A stretch of 64,000 bases of DNA from Blastocatellia bacterium (GCA_025055075.1 JANWYV010000045.1:22423-86422); one strand, 5' to 3'; positions 28,664 to 39,199 are shown, numbered from the stretch's first letter. Program-made: numbers and translations. The notes: generated by a model not told the origin, from the sequence alone.

Positions 28664-29176
28664 TCACGACCGACACAGAGTGAAGATGTACCGCAGGATG
28701 TCCTTGATCGAGGCGACGCCGACGGGCGTGCCATCAGGACGAACGACCGGCAACCGACGAAACCCGCCCAGGGACATTTGATGCAAAGCGAAAGCGAGCG
28801 TATCGTCCTCGCGCAAGACGACAGGATGGGGCGTCATGACCTCGCGCATGCGCCGCGTCAGCAAGCGCGTCGGAGCGCCAACCAACTCCAGGAGTGCTCC
28901 GCGTTCAGTGAAGATGCCAACGAGCTTCCCCCCCTCGACGACGAGCACACTCCCGATACGATGTTGCCGCATCAGCTCGAGGGCTCGACCGACCGGTTCC
29001 TCCGGAGAGATCGTCACCGGCGGTCTCAACGGAAGCACGCGAACGGGATCCTCCATCAGGCGCCTTTGCAATCCCTCCTTCGGCTGCGGCAGATCAAGCC
29101 CCATGAGATCATGCATGCACTGCTCGCACACCTCGGCGCCCGGCAGATTCTCATGGCCGCAGCTCGGACAGATCAT
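28664..29176 (-). CDS. Zinc-ribbon + CBS-pair domain protein
   Basis: The N-terminal zinc ribbon is CPSCGHEN...CEQCMHDL. Two CBS motifs follow. Confidence 0.7.
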   Translation of the reverse strand: MICPSCGHENLPGAEVCEQCMHDLMGLDLPQPKEGLQRRLMEDPVRVLPLRPPVTISPEEPVGRALELMRQHRIGSVLVVEGGKLVGIFTERGALLELVGAPTRLLTRRMREVMTPHPVVLREDDTLAFALHQMSLGGFRRLPVVRPDGTPVGVASIKDILRYIFTLCRS

Positions 29177-29189
29177 CGCGATCCTCCAT

Positions 29190-30218
29190 TCACTCGATCA
29201 CCCAGAGGTCACCGCTCCGCAGGAGCTTCTCCAAATCGCCCCGTCCGCGTTCGGCAATGGCCGTCTCGATCTGCGCATTGACCAATTCATCGTAGGTCGG
29301 CTTCTCAACGGCGCGGAAAACCCCAACCGGAACTGGATATTCCGGATAATCCATCCGAGCGAGCAAGAACGCGAGGGCCGGATCCGGTCGCTTCTCGTCA
29401 TGCACAAGAAGATCCGACTCCGTGATCCCATTACCGAGGGTCACGACCTCAAGCGTCGTACCGTTCCAACGAATGCCCTTGTCGTGATTCTTCCCGAAGA
29501 TGAGCGGCTTCCCGTGCTCCAACACGACCATTCGATCGTCCTTCACTGGACGGCCGGCGAAAGGCTCGAACGCACCATCGTTGAAGATATTGCAGTTCTG
29601 GAAGACCTCGACGAAAGCGACGCCCTTATGCCGCGCCGCGCGCTCCAACACGTAAGCCAGATGATCTGTATGTCGATCCACTGAGCGCGCGACGAAAGTC
29701 GCCTCAGCCGCCAGTGCCAGGCAGATCGGATTCACGGGCGCCTCGACCGTGCCCATCGGCGAAGACTTCGTCTTCTTGCCAAACTCCGACGTGGGAGAAT
29801 ATTGCCCCTTCGTCAACCCGTAGATGCGGTTGTTGAAGAGGACGATCTTGATGTCCACGTTCCGGCGCATGACATGCAGGAGATGATTTCCGCCAATGCT
29901 CAATCCATCCCCATCGCCGGTGACGACCCACACGGAGAGATCGGGATTACACACCTTGATCCCAGTCGCAATGGCCGGGGCGCGCCCGTGAATGCCGTGG
30001 AAGCCATAGGTGTTCATGTAGTAGGGGAAGCGACTGCTGCAACCGATGCCGGAGACGAAGACGAACTTCTCTCGCGGAATGCCCAGCTCGGGCAAGACCT
30101 TCTGCATCTGCGCCAGGATGGCGTAATCGCCGCATCCCGGACACCAACGGACTTCCTGATCCGAGACGAAGTCCTTCTTCGTCAGTTTCACGCCTTGTCC
30201 GTTTCCTTCCAGCGTCAT
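29190..30218 (-). CDS. korB: 2-oxoacid:ferredoxin oxidoreductase, beta (TPP-binding) subunit
   Basis: Motifs WCPGCGDY, GIGCSSR and TGDGDGLSIGGNH are present. The gene overlaps the korA stop by 4 nt. Confidence 0.85.
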   Translation of the reverse strand: MTLEGNGQGVKLTKKDFVSDQEVRWCPGCGDYAILAQMQKVLPELGIPREKFVFVSGIGCSSRFPYYMNTYGFHGIHGRAPAIATGIKVCNPDLSVWVVTGDGDGLSIGGNHLLHVMRRNVDIKIVLFNNRIYGLTKGQYSPTSEFGKKTKSSPMGTVEAPVNPICLALAAEATFVARSVDRHTDHLAYVLERAARHKGVAFVEVFQNCNIFNDGAFEPFAGRPVKDDRMVVLEHGKPLIFGKNHDKGIRWNGTTLEVVTLGNGITESDLLVHDEKRPDPALAFLLARMDYPEYPVPVGVFRAVEKPTYDELVNAQIETAIAERGRGDLEKLLRSGDLWVIE

Positions 30219-32083
30219 AGCAACTCCCCAATGCGATCAATGATCTCGCTGATCTTAAACGGTCGCCCCTGCACCTTGGAGAACGGGATGGCGTCCACCA
30301 GGTAGCGACCGCGCAGAAGCAGCGCCAGTTGCCCCAGATTCAACTCCGGAACCAGGATCTTCTCGAACCGATGCAAGATCTCCCCCAAGTTGTGAGGGAA
30401 GGGATTCAAATACCGGAGGTGAATGCTCGAGACCGAAGCTCCTTTCTTCTGCCAATGCTCTACGGCCGAGGTGATCGCCCCATAGGTGCTGCCCCATCCG
30501 ACGACGAGCACCTTGCCCTCCGGCTCGCCGAAGACCTCGAGCGGAGGAATATCGTCCGCGATACGAGCGATCTTCTCGGCGCGCAGCTTCACCATCAGCT
30601 CGTGATTCTTCGGATCGTAGCTCACGTTCCCCGTGATGTGTTGCTTCTCCAACCCACCAATGCGATGCTCGAGTCCGGGCGTGCCCGGAATCGCCCAGGG
30701 ACGCGCCAGGGTCTCCGGATCCCGCAGGTATGGGAAGAATCCATTCGGATCTGTGCGGAACCGAATCTCGATCTTCGGCAACTCCTCGACCGAAGGGAGT
30801 CGCCATGGCTCCGCTCCGTTGGCGAGATACCCGTCCGAGAGCAGGATCACCGGGGTCATGTATTTGATGGCGATCCGAAAGGCTTCGATGGCCATGAAGA
30901 AGCAATCGGCCGGCGTCGCCGGAGCGACCACAGCGACCGGACTTTCGCTATTGCGCCCAAAGAGAGCTTGAAGCAGATCCCCCTGCTCGGTCTTAGTGGG
31001 CATGCCCGTGCTCGGCCCCGCTCGCTGAATATCGCAGATCACCACGGGCAGCTCCACCATCACGGCGAGATTGATCGCCTCCGATTTCAAACACATGCCC
31101 GGCCCGCTGGTGCCGGTCGCGCCCAGATATCCGGCGAAGGCCGCGCCGATGGCCGCGCACATCGCAGCGATCTCATCCTCAGCCTGGAACGTGCGCACCC
31201 CAAAATTCTTGTGCACGGCTAATTCGTGCAGGATATCGCTGGCCGGCGTGATCGGATAGCTCGCGTAAAAGAGCGGTCGTCCGGCCAATTGCGAGGCGGC
31301 GATCAACCCCAGCGCCAGCGCCTCATTGCCCGTGATCTTGCGATAGACGCCCGGCGCGATCTGCGCCCGCCGCACGCGATAATGCACGGTGAACATCTCG
31401 GCGGCATCGCCATAGGCATAGCCCGCTCGCAACGCCGTCGCATTGGCCTGCGCGATCGCCGGATTCTTCCGGAAGCGCGTCTCGATCCAGCGCAGCGTCG
31501 GCTCCAGCGGGCGATCGAAGAGCCAATAGACTAAGCCAAGCGCCCAGAAGTTCTTGCACCGCTCCTTATCCTTGGCCGGAAGGTCAATCTCACGCAAGGC
31601 ATTGAGCGTCGCCGTCGTCATCGGGATCTTGTAAACGCGATACTTCGCCAGCGAGCCGTCCTCGAGCGGATTGCTCGTGTAACCGGCCTTCTTCAAGTTG
31701 TATTCGGTGAAGGCATCCACGTTGACGAGGATCATCCCACCTTCCGGCAAATCCGGCAAATGAACCTTCAACGCCGCGGGGTTGAAAGCGACCAGCACAT
31801 CGGGCTGATCCCCTGGCGTCCGCACGTCCTGACTGCTGAAGCAAATCTGATAAGCGCTCACGCCGGGCAACGTCCCCGCTGGCGCACGAATCTCCGCGGG
31901 ATAATCGGGAAATGTTCCGAGATCATTCCCGACCAGAGCCGTCACGTTCGTGAACAACGTCCCAGTCAATTGAATGCCATCGCCGGAATCGCCGGCGAAG
32001 CGCACCGTGACCGTCTCCAATTCGACGATCTGCGGCCTGGCTTCCGGCTCGATGGTCGTGAGCGTGCTCGTTTGCTCCGTCAT
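30215..32083 (-). CDS. korA: 2-oxoacid:ferredoxin oxidoreductase, alpha subunit (fused alpha/gamma type)
   Basis: 622 aa. The N-terminal gamma-like region and the alpha domains fit KorA/OorA. It is coupled to korB. Confidence 0.85.
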   Translation of the reverse strand: MTEQTSTLTTIEPEARPQIVELETVTVRFAGDSGDGIQLTGTLFTNVTALVGNDLGTFPDYPAEIRAPAGTLPGVSAYQICFSSQDVRTPGDQPDVLVAFNPAALKVHLPDLPEGGMILVNVDAFTEYNLKKAGYTSNPLEDGSLAKYRVYKIPMTTATLNALREIDLPAKDKERCKNFWALGLVYWLFDRPLEPTLRWIETRFRKNPAIAQANATALRAGYAYGDAAEMFTVHYRVRRAQIAPGVYRKITGNEALALGLIAASQLAGRPLFYASYPITPASDILHELAVHKNFGVRTFQAEDEIAAMCAAIGAAFAGYLGATGTSGPGMCLKSEAINLAVMVELPVVICDIQRAGPSTGMPTKTEQGDLLQALFGRNSESPVAVVAPATPADCFFMAIEAFRIAIKYMTPVILLSDGYLANGAEPWRLPSVEELPKIEIRFRTDPNGFFPYLRDPETLARPWAIPGTPGLEHRIGGLEKQHITGNVSYDPKNHELMVKLRAEKIARIADDIPPLEVFGEPEGKVLVVGWGSTYGAITSAVEHWQKKGASVSSIHLRYLNPFPHNLGEILHRFEKILVPELNLGQLALLLRGRYLVDAIPFSKVQGRPFKISEIIDRIGELL

Positions 32084-32101
32084 GTTCTCCTCCCAGGCGA
32101 T

Positions 32102-32569
32102 TCAGGCTCCTTCTGGAGCCGCAAAAACTTGCTCCGAGCGAGGTGGGAGATTGAACACCTCCGCCGGGAAGTGCTCGGCCAGAAAGGCGATGACATCCTG
32201 AACCGAGACCACGCCCGCGACGCGATCGCCTTCGACGACCAGCGGGATATGTCGATACCCACCTTCGTCCATCAGGCGCATCGCCTCCCAGAGGCGCTCC
32301 TCCGGATGCAACGTCACGGGCGACGGCGTCATGAACGATTCGATGGGCGCCTCCAAATCCGCCGACAAGCCGAGAACCTTCATCACGACATCCCGCTCGG
32401 TGAAGATCCCGCGCAAGTGCTCCCCCTCGCACACGAGAACGCAGTGCGCGCGCTTCGTCTTCATCAACTCTAACACATCGCCCACGCGAGTTCCCATCTC
32501 CACGCAGGTTGCTGGGGACAAGGGCAACTCTCGAATCCTCGCCTCTCGCAATGCTTCTTCAACCGACAT
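32102..32569 (-). CDS. CBS-pair domain protein
   Basis: The start is trimmed to ATG 32569. There are two CBS motifs. The gene is divergent from ispG. Confidence 0.6.
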   Translation of the reverse strand: MSVEEALREARIRELPLSPATCVEMGTRVGDVLELMKTKRAHCVLVCEGEHLRGIFTERDVVMKVLGLSADLEAPIESFMTPSPVTLHPEERLWEAMRLMDEGGYRHIPLVVEGDRVAGVVSVQDVIAFLAEHFPAEVFNLPPRSEQVFAAPEGA

Positions 32570-32735
32570 GCCTGTCCCTTCCGAAACCCGTTCGGAAATG
32601 TCAATTATACGCCTCCGTCGGCGAATTGGCCAAGCGATCCCAGGGGCTTCACCGCGTGGAATCGCAGGCTCTCCCACGCCCATTGAGCGCGCGCTTCCCT
32701 TTCGGTGGCGCGTTCCGCTAAAATGTCCCTGTGTG

Positions 32736-34004
32736 ATGAGCGAATCCGGGGGTCAACGAATGCGACGGCGTTCTGTCGTCGTCCAGATCGGTCGTGTGAA
32801 GATCGGTGGGGATCACCCGATCGCCGTGCAGTCAATGACGAACACGGATACGGCCGATGTGGCGGCGACGGTCGAGCAGATCATCGCTCTCGCGGAAGCG
32901 GGATCGGAATTGGTGCGCATCACTGTGAACACGGAAGCGGCTGCGCGCGCCGTTCCTGAGATCGTCGCACGGGTGCGCGGCCAGGGAATCGAGGTCCCCA
33001 TCATCGGCGACTTCCACTACAACGGTCATCTCTTGCTCTCCCGCTATCGCGAGTGCGCGCGCGCGCTCGACAAGTATCGCATCAATCCGGGGAACGTGGG
33101 CGTCGGCCGTCACCAAGACGAAAACTTCCGCCGCATGATCGAGATCGCTCTGGAGTACGAGAAGCCGATCCGCATCGGCGTGAATTGGGGCTCGCTCGAC
33201 CAAGCACTCCTCACGCAATTGATGGATGAGAATGCCCGGCGTCCCGAGCCCCAGGACGCGCGCGCTGTGCTGCGCGAAGCGATGATCCGCAGCGCTCTGG
33301 ATTCGGCTGCCCGCGCTGAAGCCTACGGGATGCCCCACGATCGCATCGTCCTGAGCGTTAAGACGTCCGATGTCTCGGACGTCATCGAGGTGAACCGCCG
33401 GCTCGCGGCCCGCTGCGATTATCCACTGCACATCGGATTAACCGAAGCCGGCATGGGGCTCAAAGGCATCGTCGCGTCGGCGATAGCACTGGGCGTCCTC
33501 CTTTACGAAGGAATTGGTGACACGATTCGCGTGAGCGTGACCCCAGCTCCAGGAGGCGATCGGCGCGAGGAGGTGCTCATCGCGCAGCAAATCCTGCAAG
33601 CGCTCGGCCTGCGCCATTTCGCACCGCAAGTCTCCGCCTGTCCCGGATGCGGACGCACAACGAGCACGTTCTTCCAAGAGATGGCAGCCGAGGTCCAAGC
33701 GTATATCCATCGCCAGATGCCTGAGTGGAGCCGCCGCTATCCCGGCGTCGAAAACCTGCGCATTGCCGTCATGGGATGCGTCGTCAATGGCCCGGGTGAG
33801 TCCAAACACGCGGACATCGGAATCTCGCTCCCGGGCGCGGGCGAAGAGCCAAAAGCTCCAGTCTTCGCCGATGGCCGACTGGTGACGACGCTGCGCGGGC
33901 CAACGCTCGTGACGGATTTCCTCCGCATCTTGGAAGACTACATTCGCGCCCGCTTCGGCCAGCCTGACGGGGAACACACGACGACACCATCCTCATCGGC
34001 TTGA
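32736..34004 (+). CDS. ispG: 4-hydroxy-3-methylbut-2-en-1-yl diphosphate synthase (flavodoxin), IspG/GcpE
   Basis: The start is ATG 32736 (or 32760). Motifs IAVQSMTNT and RINPGN are present. The [4Fe-4S] cysteines are CPGCGR and GCVVNGPGE. The alignment to E. coli IspG is collinear. Confidence 0.9.
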   Translation: MSESGGQRMRRRSVVVQIGRVKIGGDHPIAVQSMTNTDTADVAATVEQIIALAEAGSELVRITVNTEAAARAVPEIVARVRGQGIEVPIIGDFHYNGHLLLSRYRECARALDKYRINPGNVGVGRHQDENFRRMIEIALEYEKPIRIGVNWGSLDQALLTQLMDENARRPEPQDARAVLREAMIRSALDSAARAEAYGMPHDRIVLSVKTSDVSDVIEVNRRLAARCDYPLHIGLTEAGMGLKGIVASAIALGVLLYEGIGDTIRVSVTPAPGGDRREEVLIAQQILQALGLRHFAPQVSACPGCGRTTSTFFQEMAAEVQAYIHRQMPEWSRRYPGVENLRIAVMGCVVNGPGESKHADIGISLPGAGEEPKAPVFADGRLVTTLRGPTLVTDFLRILEDYIRARFGQPDGEHTTTPSSSA

Positions 34005-34110
34005 TGAGTCGAGCCGCCGAAGGAATGATCCGCGACCTGGGGCTGCAGAGCCCACCCCAGCGCAGGCGAGGCCAACAAAGCGGGACGATCAAAAGGAGGT
34101 GATAACGACC

Positions 34111-34728
34111 ATGTCGGCATCAAAGGCACTCGTGCTCGTGGATGTGCAGAACGATTTCTTGCCGGGCGGATCGCTCGCCGTGCCGGAAGGCGATCGGATC
34201 ATCCCCGTCCTCAACCGGTACATTGACCTCTTTCAGCGAGCAGGCTTGCCGATCTATGCGACGCGCGACTGGCATCCCGAGCAGACGCGACATTTCAAAG
34301 CCTACGGAGGCATGTGGCCCCCGCATTGCGTGCAGGGCACGCGCGGGGCTGAGTTCCATCCCGACTTGAAACTCCCCCCGGAGACGATCCTCATCTCAAA
34401 GGGAATGGATCCGAACGAGGACAGCTATTCGGGCTTCCAAGGTCAAACGGCCGAAGGACGCACGTTCGCCGAGGAATTGAAAGCGCGCGGGATCGAGCAC
34501 CTGTACGTCGGAGGCGTCGCCACAGATTATTGCGTGCGCCACACGGTCCTGGATGCGCGCCGCGAGGGATTTCAGGTGACCGTCCTGGAGGATGCGATCC
34601 GCGGCGTGGACCTGGCGCCCGGCGATTCCGAACGCGCACTGCGAGAGATGATCGAGGCCGGAGCAACTCTCGCGAAATGGGAAGACGTCGCGCGCGAGAT
34701 CGCCGCTTCCGAGGAGATCTCGTCCTGA
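34111..34728 (+). CDS. pncA: Nicotinamidase/pyrazinamidase (isochorismatase fold)
   Basis: The start is ATG 34111, with AAGGAGG upstream. Motifs are VDVQNDF and the catalytic Cys context VATDYCV. Confidence 0.75.
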   Translation: MSASKALVLVDVQNDFLPGGSLAVPEGDRIIPVLNRYIDLFQRAGLPIYATRDWHPEQTRHFKAYGGMWPPHCVQGTRGAEFHPDLKLPPETILISKGMDPNEDSYSGFQGQTAEGRTFAEELKARGIEHLYVGGVATDYCVRHTVLDARREGFQVTVLEDAIRGVDLAPGDSERALREMIEAGATLAKWEDVAREIAASEEISS

Positions 34729-34757
34729 GACGATCCCCATCCCCTTGCCCACGTCGC

Positions 34758-34787
34758 TTGACAAAGCCGAAACCGAAATAGTAGATT
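34758..34787 (+). promoter_or_regulatory. Sigma70-like promoter candidate for rpsA
   Basis: TTGACA (34758-34763) is followed by 17-18 nt and then TAGATT. The element lies in a conspicuously AT-rich patch of a GC-rich genome. Confidence 0.4.
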
Positions 34788-34853
34788 TTGCACTCGCATT
34801 GTCGGCCATCCTGAAACGAAAATGTCATGACGAGGAGTGAAGAGGCGATTGCG

Positions 34854-36599
34854 ATGGATGTGAACAATATGGATCAACCGGTGACCGAAGCCCATCCCGC
34901 GGGCGCGCCTCCGGCACCGAGTGACCCCGAGATGAATGTTTCGAGCGAAAGTTTCGGCGAACTGCTGGGCTCTTTTGAAGAGCAAACGACGACGACTCTG
35001 ACCGTCGGCCAACGGCTCACGGGCAAGGTGCTCGCGATCCATGAGGACATGGCATTCGTGGACATCGGCTACAAGACCGAAGGTGTCGTCCCGAGCGAAG
35101 AACTCCGGATCAGCCTGAACGAGATCTCCATCGGCGACGAGATCCCTGTTGTCGTGAAGCATCTGGAGACTCCGGACGGATACGTGAAGCTCTCCTACGC
35201 CGAGGCACAACGTAAGCTCGTGTGGGAGGCCATTGATCGTGCTCTCAAAACGGGCGCCCCCATCAAGGGGCGCATCACCGAGCGCATCAAAGGTGGACTG
35301 AAAGTTAACCTGGGTGGGGTGGACGCCTTCTTGCCGGCGAGCCAAGTGGACCTGCGGCAGGTCCGAAATCTGGAGGCCTGGAAGGGCCGAGAGATCGAAG
35401 CCAAAGTCATCAAGGTCAATCGGCGGCAGAATAACATCGTCCTCTCGCGCCGCGCGCTCCTCGAAGAAGAGGAAGCGCGACGTCGCGCGGAGATTCTCAG
35501 CCAACTCGACGAGGGATATATCGTCGAAGGACGCATCAAGAGCCTGGCCGATTATGGCGCCTTCGTGGACATTGGCGGAATTGATGGCCTCCTTCACATC
35601 ACCGATATCGCGTGGAAGAAGATCGCCCATCCGAAGGAGGTCTTCAACGTCGGTGAGATCGTCCAGGTGAAGATCCTCAAAATTGATCGAGAGACGGGAC
35701 GCATCAATCTCGGGTATAAGCAGCTTTGGCCCAATCCGTGGGATACCCTCGCCGAACGATTGCCGCCCGGTTCTCGCATCAAGGGCAAGGTCACGCGCAT
35801 CACCGACTACGGGGTGTTCGTCGAGGTGGAGGAGGGCATCGAGGGACTGATCCACGCGTCTGAGTTGACATGGGAGAAGCGCCCGAAACACCCGTCGAAG
35901 TACGTGGCCATCGGGGATGAGGTGGTGGTGGAGGTCTTACACGTGGACGTGCCAAACCGTCGGTTGAGCTTGAGCCTGCGACAACTGCAACCGGATCCGT
36001 GGCGGCTCTTCGCCGAGACTCACTCCATCGGCACGCGCGTGCGCGGCCGCGTGCGCGGGATTACGGATTTCGGCGCCTTCGTCGAAGTCGAGAAAGGGAT
36101 CGAAGGTTTGATCCACGTCTCCGACATCTCGCGCCGACGCGTGAAGCATCCCTCGGAGGTCTTGAAGAAAGGCCAAGAGGTTGAGGCCATCATCAAGGAG
36201 CTGGACCTGAGCGCGCGACGCTTGGGGCTCTCGATGAAAGAGCTGGAGCCCGATCCGTGGGAGGAGTTCTTCAACGCTCACCGGGTGGGCGACATCGTCC
36301 GCGGGAAGGTGGTGCGTTTCGCTAGCTTCGGCGCGTTCGTGGACGTAGGGGGCGTCGAGGGCCTTTGCCACATCTCTGAGCTCTCGGACGAACACGTCGA
36401 GAAGCCCGAGGACGCTGTTCAAATCGGCGATGAGCTGGACTTTCGTATCCTGCGCCTGGATCCCGAAAGCCGACGCATTGCGCTCTCGGCCCGCGCTGCT
36501 CGTCGTGATCGCGAACCCGCCTACACGATCGGCGAAGATACGGGACGCATCGCGAGCCTGGGCGAGATCGCGCGACTCCAACAGGGAGAAGGCGATTGA
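34854..36599 (+). CDS. rpsA: 30S ribosomal protein S1 (six S1/OB domains)
   Basis: Six tandem S1 repeats are present. The start is ATG 34854. Alternatives are ATG 34827 or ATG 34932. The 34932 start aligns with the canonical S1 N-terminus MxESFxxLF. Confidence 0.9.
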   Translation: MDVNNMDQPVTEAHPAGAPPAPSDPEMNVSSESFGELLGSFEEQTTTTLTVGQRLTGKVLAIHEDMAFVDIGYKTEGVVPSEELRISLNEISIGDEIPVVVKHLETPDGYVKLSYAEAQRKLVWEAIDRALKTGAPIKGRITERIKGGLKVNLGGVDAFLPASQVDLRQVRNLEAWKGREIEAKVIKVNRRQNNIVLSRRALLEEEEARRRAEILSQLDEGYIVEGRIKSLADYGAFVDIGGIDGLLHITDIAWKKIAHPKEVFNVGEIVQVKILKIDRETGRINLGYKQLWPNPWDTLAERLPPGSRIKGKVTRITDYGVFVEVEEGIEGLIHASELTWEKRPKHPSKYVAIGDEVVVEVLHVDVPNRRLSLSLRQLQPDPWRLFAETHSIGTRVRGRVRGITDFGAFVEVEKGIEGLIHVSDISRRRVKHPSEVLKKGQEVEAIIKELDLSARRLGLSMKELEPDPWEEFFNAHRVGDIVRGKVVRFASFGAFVDVGGVEGLCHISELSDEHVEKPEDAVQIGDELDFRILRLDPESRRIALSARAARRDREPAYTIGEDTGRIASLGEIARLQQGEGD

Positions 36600-36711
36600 A
36601 GGCGATTAAGGCCCTCTCTCAGTGAATTCTCGCTCCCCAGGCAACCCATCCGCCCTCTCCTGAATCTTAGTGAGCGACCACGTACCACCACGATACCTCC
36701 TTAGTTTGGGC

Positions 36712-36752
36712 GGGGTGAGCCAGAAAGACCGGCTCACCCTATCTTCGTTCGA
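36712..36752 (+). terminator. Rho-independent-like terminator after rpsA
   Basis: Hairpin GGGGTGAGCC-(9 nt)-GGCTCACCC is followed by TATCTTCGTTCG. Confidence 0.5.
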
Positions 36753-36791
36753 TGATGCAAAAATTGCTCGGAAATCCACAAAATTACGCGC

Positions 36792-38096
36792 TCACCTCTT
36801 ACGAGTGACGACGGCGAAGGCGGCTGCCAGCGCCGAGATCAACTCATCAATGTGATCCTTCGTAGCGATCAAGGGCGGACCAATACGAATCACGTTCCCG
36901 TAGAGCCCGCCTCGACCGATGAGCACGCCACGTTTCTTTGTCTCTTCGAAGATCTGCTGCAGAGCTTCGGGATTCGGCTCTTTGGTCTTGGGATCTTTCA
37001 CCAACTCGATCGCTTGCATCAATCCCATGCCCCGCACATCGCCGATGATTTGCGGATACGCTTCCTTGAGTGCCTCCAGTTGCTCGCGCAGATAATCGCC
37101 GACCCGGCGTGCGTTCTTCGGCAATTCTTCCTCCTCGATCACGCGGATCGTCGCCAAGGCGGCGCGACAGGCGACAGGATTGCCACCGAAGGTTGAGAAG
37201 GTGAGCGAAGGATAGGCATCGGCGATCTCCGGCGTGGCGATCGTGGCCCCGATGGGCGTTCCATTGGCCAGACCCTTGGCGAAGGTCATGATGTCCGGCT
37301 CCACCTCCCAGTGCTCGATGCCGAACATCTTCTCCCCCGTGCGCCCCCATCCGGTTTGCACCTCGTCGCAGATGAAGATGCCGCCATAGCGACGTACGAT
37401 CTCGACGACGACTTTGAAGTACTCTTTCGGGGGAACGACGAATCCACCGACGCCCATGATCGGCTCCGCGATGAGCGCAGCGATGCGTCCCGAAGTCGCC
37501 GTTTGAATCAGTTCCTCCACATCACGTGCGCATGCCAGATCGCACGCCGGATAGGTGAGTTTGAAGGGACAGCGATAGCAGTAAGGGGCGACGGCGTGCA
37601 CGATTCCGGCGACATAGGGCGTCCCGAGCTTCCAGGGCGCTTGCCCACTGACGCTCATCGCCAAGGCGGATCGACCGCTGTAGCCGTGGCGCAGCGCGAT
37701 GATTTCCTGCCGCCCGGTGTAGAGCCGCGCGAGCACGAGCGCCGTCTCATCGGCTTCGGTGCCACTGTTGGTGAAGAAGCTCTTTTGCAGTCGTCCCGGC
37801 GTGAGCTCAGCCAGCTTCTCGGCCAATCGCACCTGCGGTTCATTGATGTAGAGCGTGGAGGTGTGCGAGATCTTCCGAACCTGATCCGTGATCGCTTCCA
37901 CGACCTTGGGATGCGCATGTCCGACGCTGATCGTCAGGACGCCGCCGAAACAATCCAAGTAGCGTCGTCCCTGCGCGTCCCACACGTACATCCCTTCGCC
38001 CCGCTCGATCACCAAGGGCTCTCGGTAATACGTCGAGACACACCGGAAGAGGTATTCCTTCTGCTTGCGCACCAATTCCTCGTTGCTCATAGCCAT
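36792..38096 (-). CDS. Class-III PLP-dependent aminotransferase
   Basis: The start is ATG 38096. Motifs are FTNSGTEA, DEVQTGWGRTG and the PLP-lysine TFAKGL. Confidence 0.8.
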   Translation of the reverse strand: MAMSNEELVRKQKEYLFRCVSTYYREPLVIERGEGMYVWDAQGRRYLDCFGGVLTISVGHAHPKVVEAITDQVRKISHTSTLYINEPQVRLAEKLAELTPGRLQKSFFTNSGTEADETALVLARLYTGRQEIIALRHGYSGRSALAMSVSGQAPWKLGTPYVAGIVHAVAPYCYRCPFKLTYPACDLACARDVEELIQTATSGRIAALIAEPIMGVGGFVVPPKEYFKVVVEIVRRYGGIFICDEVQTGWGRTGEKMFGIEHWEVEPDIMTFAKGLANGTPIGATIATPEIADAYPSLTFSTFGGNPVACRAALATIRVIEEEELPKNARRVGDYLREQLEALKEAYPQIIGDVRGMGLMQAIELVKDPKTKEPNPEALQQIFEETKKRGVLIGRGGLYGNVIRIGPPLIATKDHIDELISALAAAFAVVTRKR

Positions 38097-38276
38097 CAAC
38101 TCCTGGATCGTCTCGGGGGGAAAGCGTACTCCGCAACCGCCGTTTCGCGCAACCAGGCGGAGCCCCATGGGCGGGACGCTCGAGCTGATTCGAGGACGAC
38201 TTGGTCCGAGATTTGACCCTCTCGCAGGTGGAGTGTTACCCTGAAGGATCGGATTTCGTAGGAGTCGAGCGCGACG

Positions 38277-38579
38277 ATGTCGGCGAAGATCACGGTCCTT
38301 CTGTACATCCTCGTGTATTTCGAGCTGGGAGCCATCCTGATCGTGGCGCCGTGGACGTCCTTTTGGAGCGACAATGTGCTTTTGGCGTATCTCGTGCAGC
38401 GCACAGGATCGGCTGAGCTGCTGCTCACATTCAACAGCTTCGCCGTCAAAGCGAGCGTCACCGGACTTGGCGTGCTCAATCTCATCTTGGGCGCGTGGGA
38501 AGCCTCTCGATATCGCGATCTCCTCCGGCTAATCGAAGAAGGGAGGCGACGGCCTTCCTCCTCGGAGAGCGAACGATGA
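38277..38579 (+). CDS. Small membrane protein (hypothetical)
   Basis: 100 aa with 3 hydrophobic helices. The stop overlaps the thiE start (ATGA). Confidence 0.45.
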   Translation: MSAKITVLLYILVYFELGAILIVAPWTSFWSDNVLLAYLVQRTGSAELLLTFNSFAVKASVTGLGVLNLILGAWEASRYRDLLRLIEEGRRRPSSSESER

Positions 38580-39199
38580 AGACGTTGGGGAATCCGCCCC
38601 TGCTCTACCTCATCACCGATCGAAAGCTCTGCCCATCGCGTTCGATCCTCGAGCTCATCGTGGAAGCGGCGCGCGCGGGCGTGGATCTAATTCAGATTCG
38701 GGAGAAGGATCTGCCGATCCGAGAGCTATGCGCGCTCGTCGAAGAAGCGGCAGCGCGAATCGCGGGAACGCCGGCGCGACTCCTCGTCAATGACCGCTTC
38801 GATGTGGCCGTAACTTGCGGCGCTCACGGTGTTCATCTGACGACGCGATCGTTGCCCGCCGCGATCGTGAGAGAGATCGTCGGGCCGGACGTGCTGATCG
38901 GCGTCTCGGCGCATTCGCTCGAAGAGGCGCGCGACGCCGAAATCGGAGGCGCGGATTTTCTTGTGCTCGGCCCCGTCTTCGAGACGCCGAGCAAAAAACC
39001 CTATGGACCGCCCCTCGGCTTGGAAGCATTCGCGTGCATCGCGGTGGCGGTTCGCCTTCCTGTTCTCGCCATCGGGGGCATCACGCCGGAGAACGCGCCG
39101 CAGGTGCTCGCCCGTGGAGCGGCAGGTATCGCGGCCATCCGTATGTTCGTCGAAGCGGAACAGCTCATCCCACTCGTTGCCCGACTCAAAGGGCACTGA
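38576..39199 (+). CDS. thiE: Thiamine-phosphate synthase
   Basis: The start is ATG 38576. TMP-TENI motifs are LYLITD, GVDLIQIREKD and ADFLVLGPVFETPSK. Confidence 0.85.
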   Translation: MKTLGNPPLLYLITDRKLCPSRSILELIVEAARAGVDLIQIREKDLPIRELCALVEEAAARIAGTPARLLVNDRFDVAVTCGAHGVHLTTRSLPAAIVREIVGPDVLIGVSAHSLEEARDAEIGGADFLVLGPVFETPSKKPYGPPLGLEAFACIAVAVRLPVLAIGGITPENAPQVLARGAAGIAAIRMFVEAEQLIPLVARLKGH

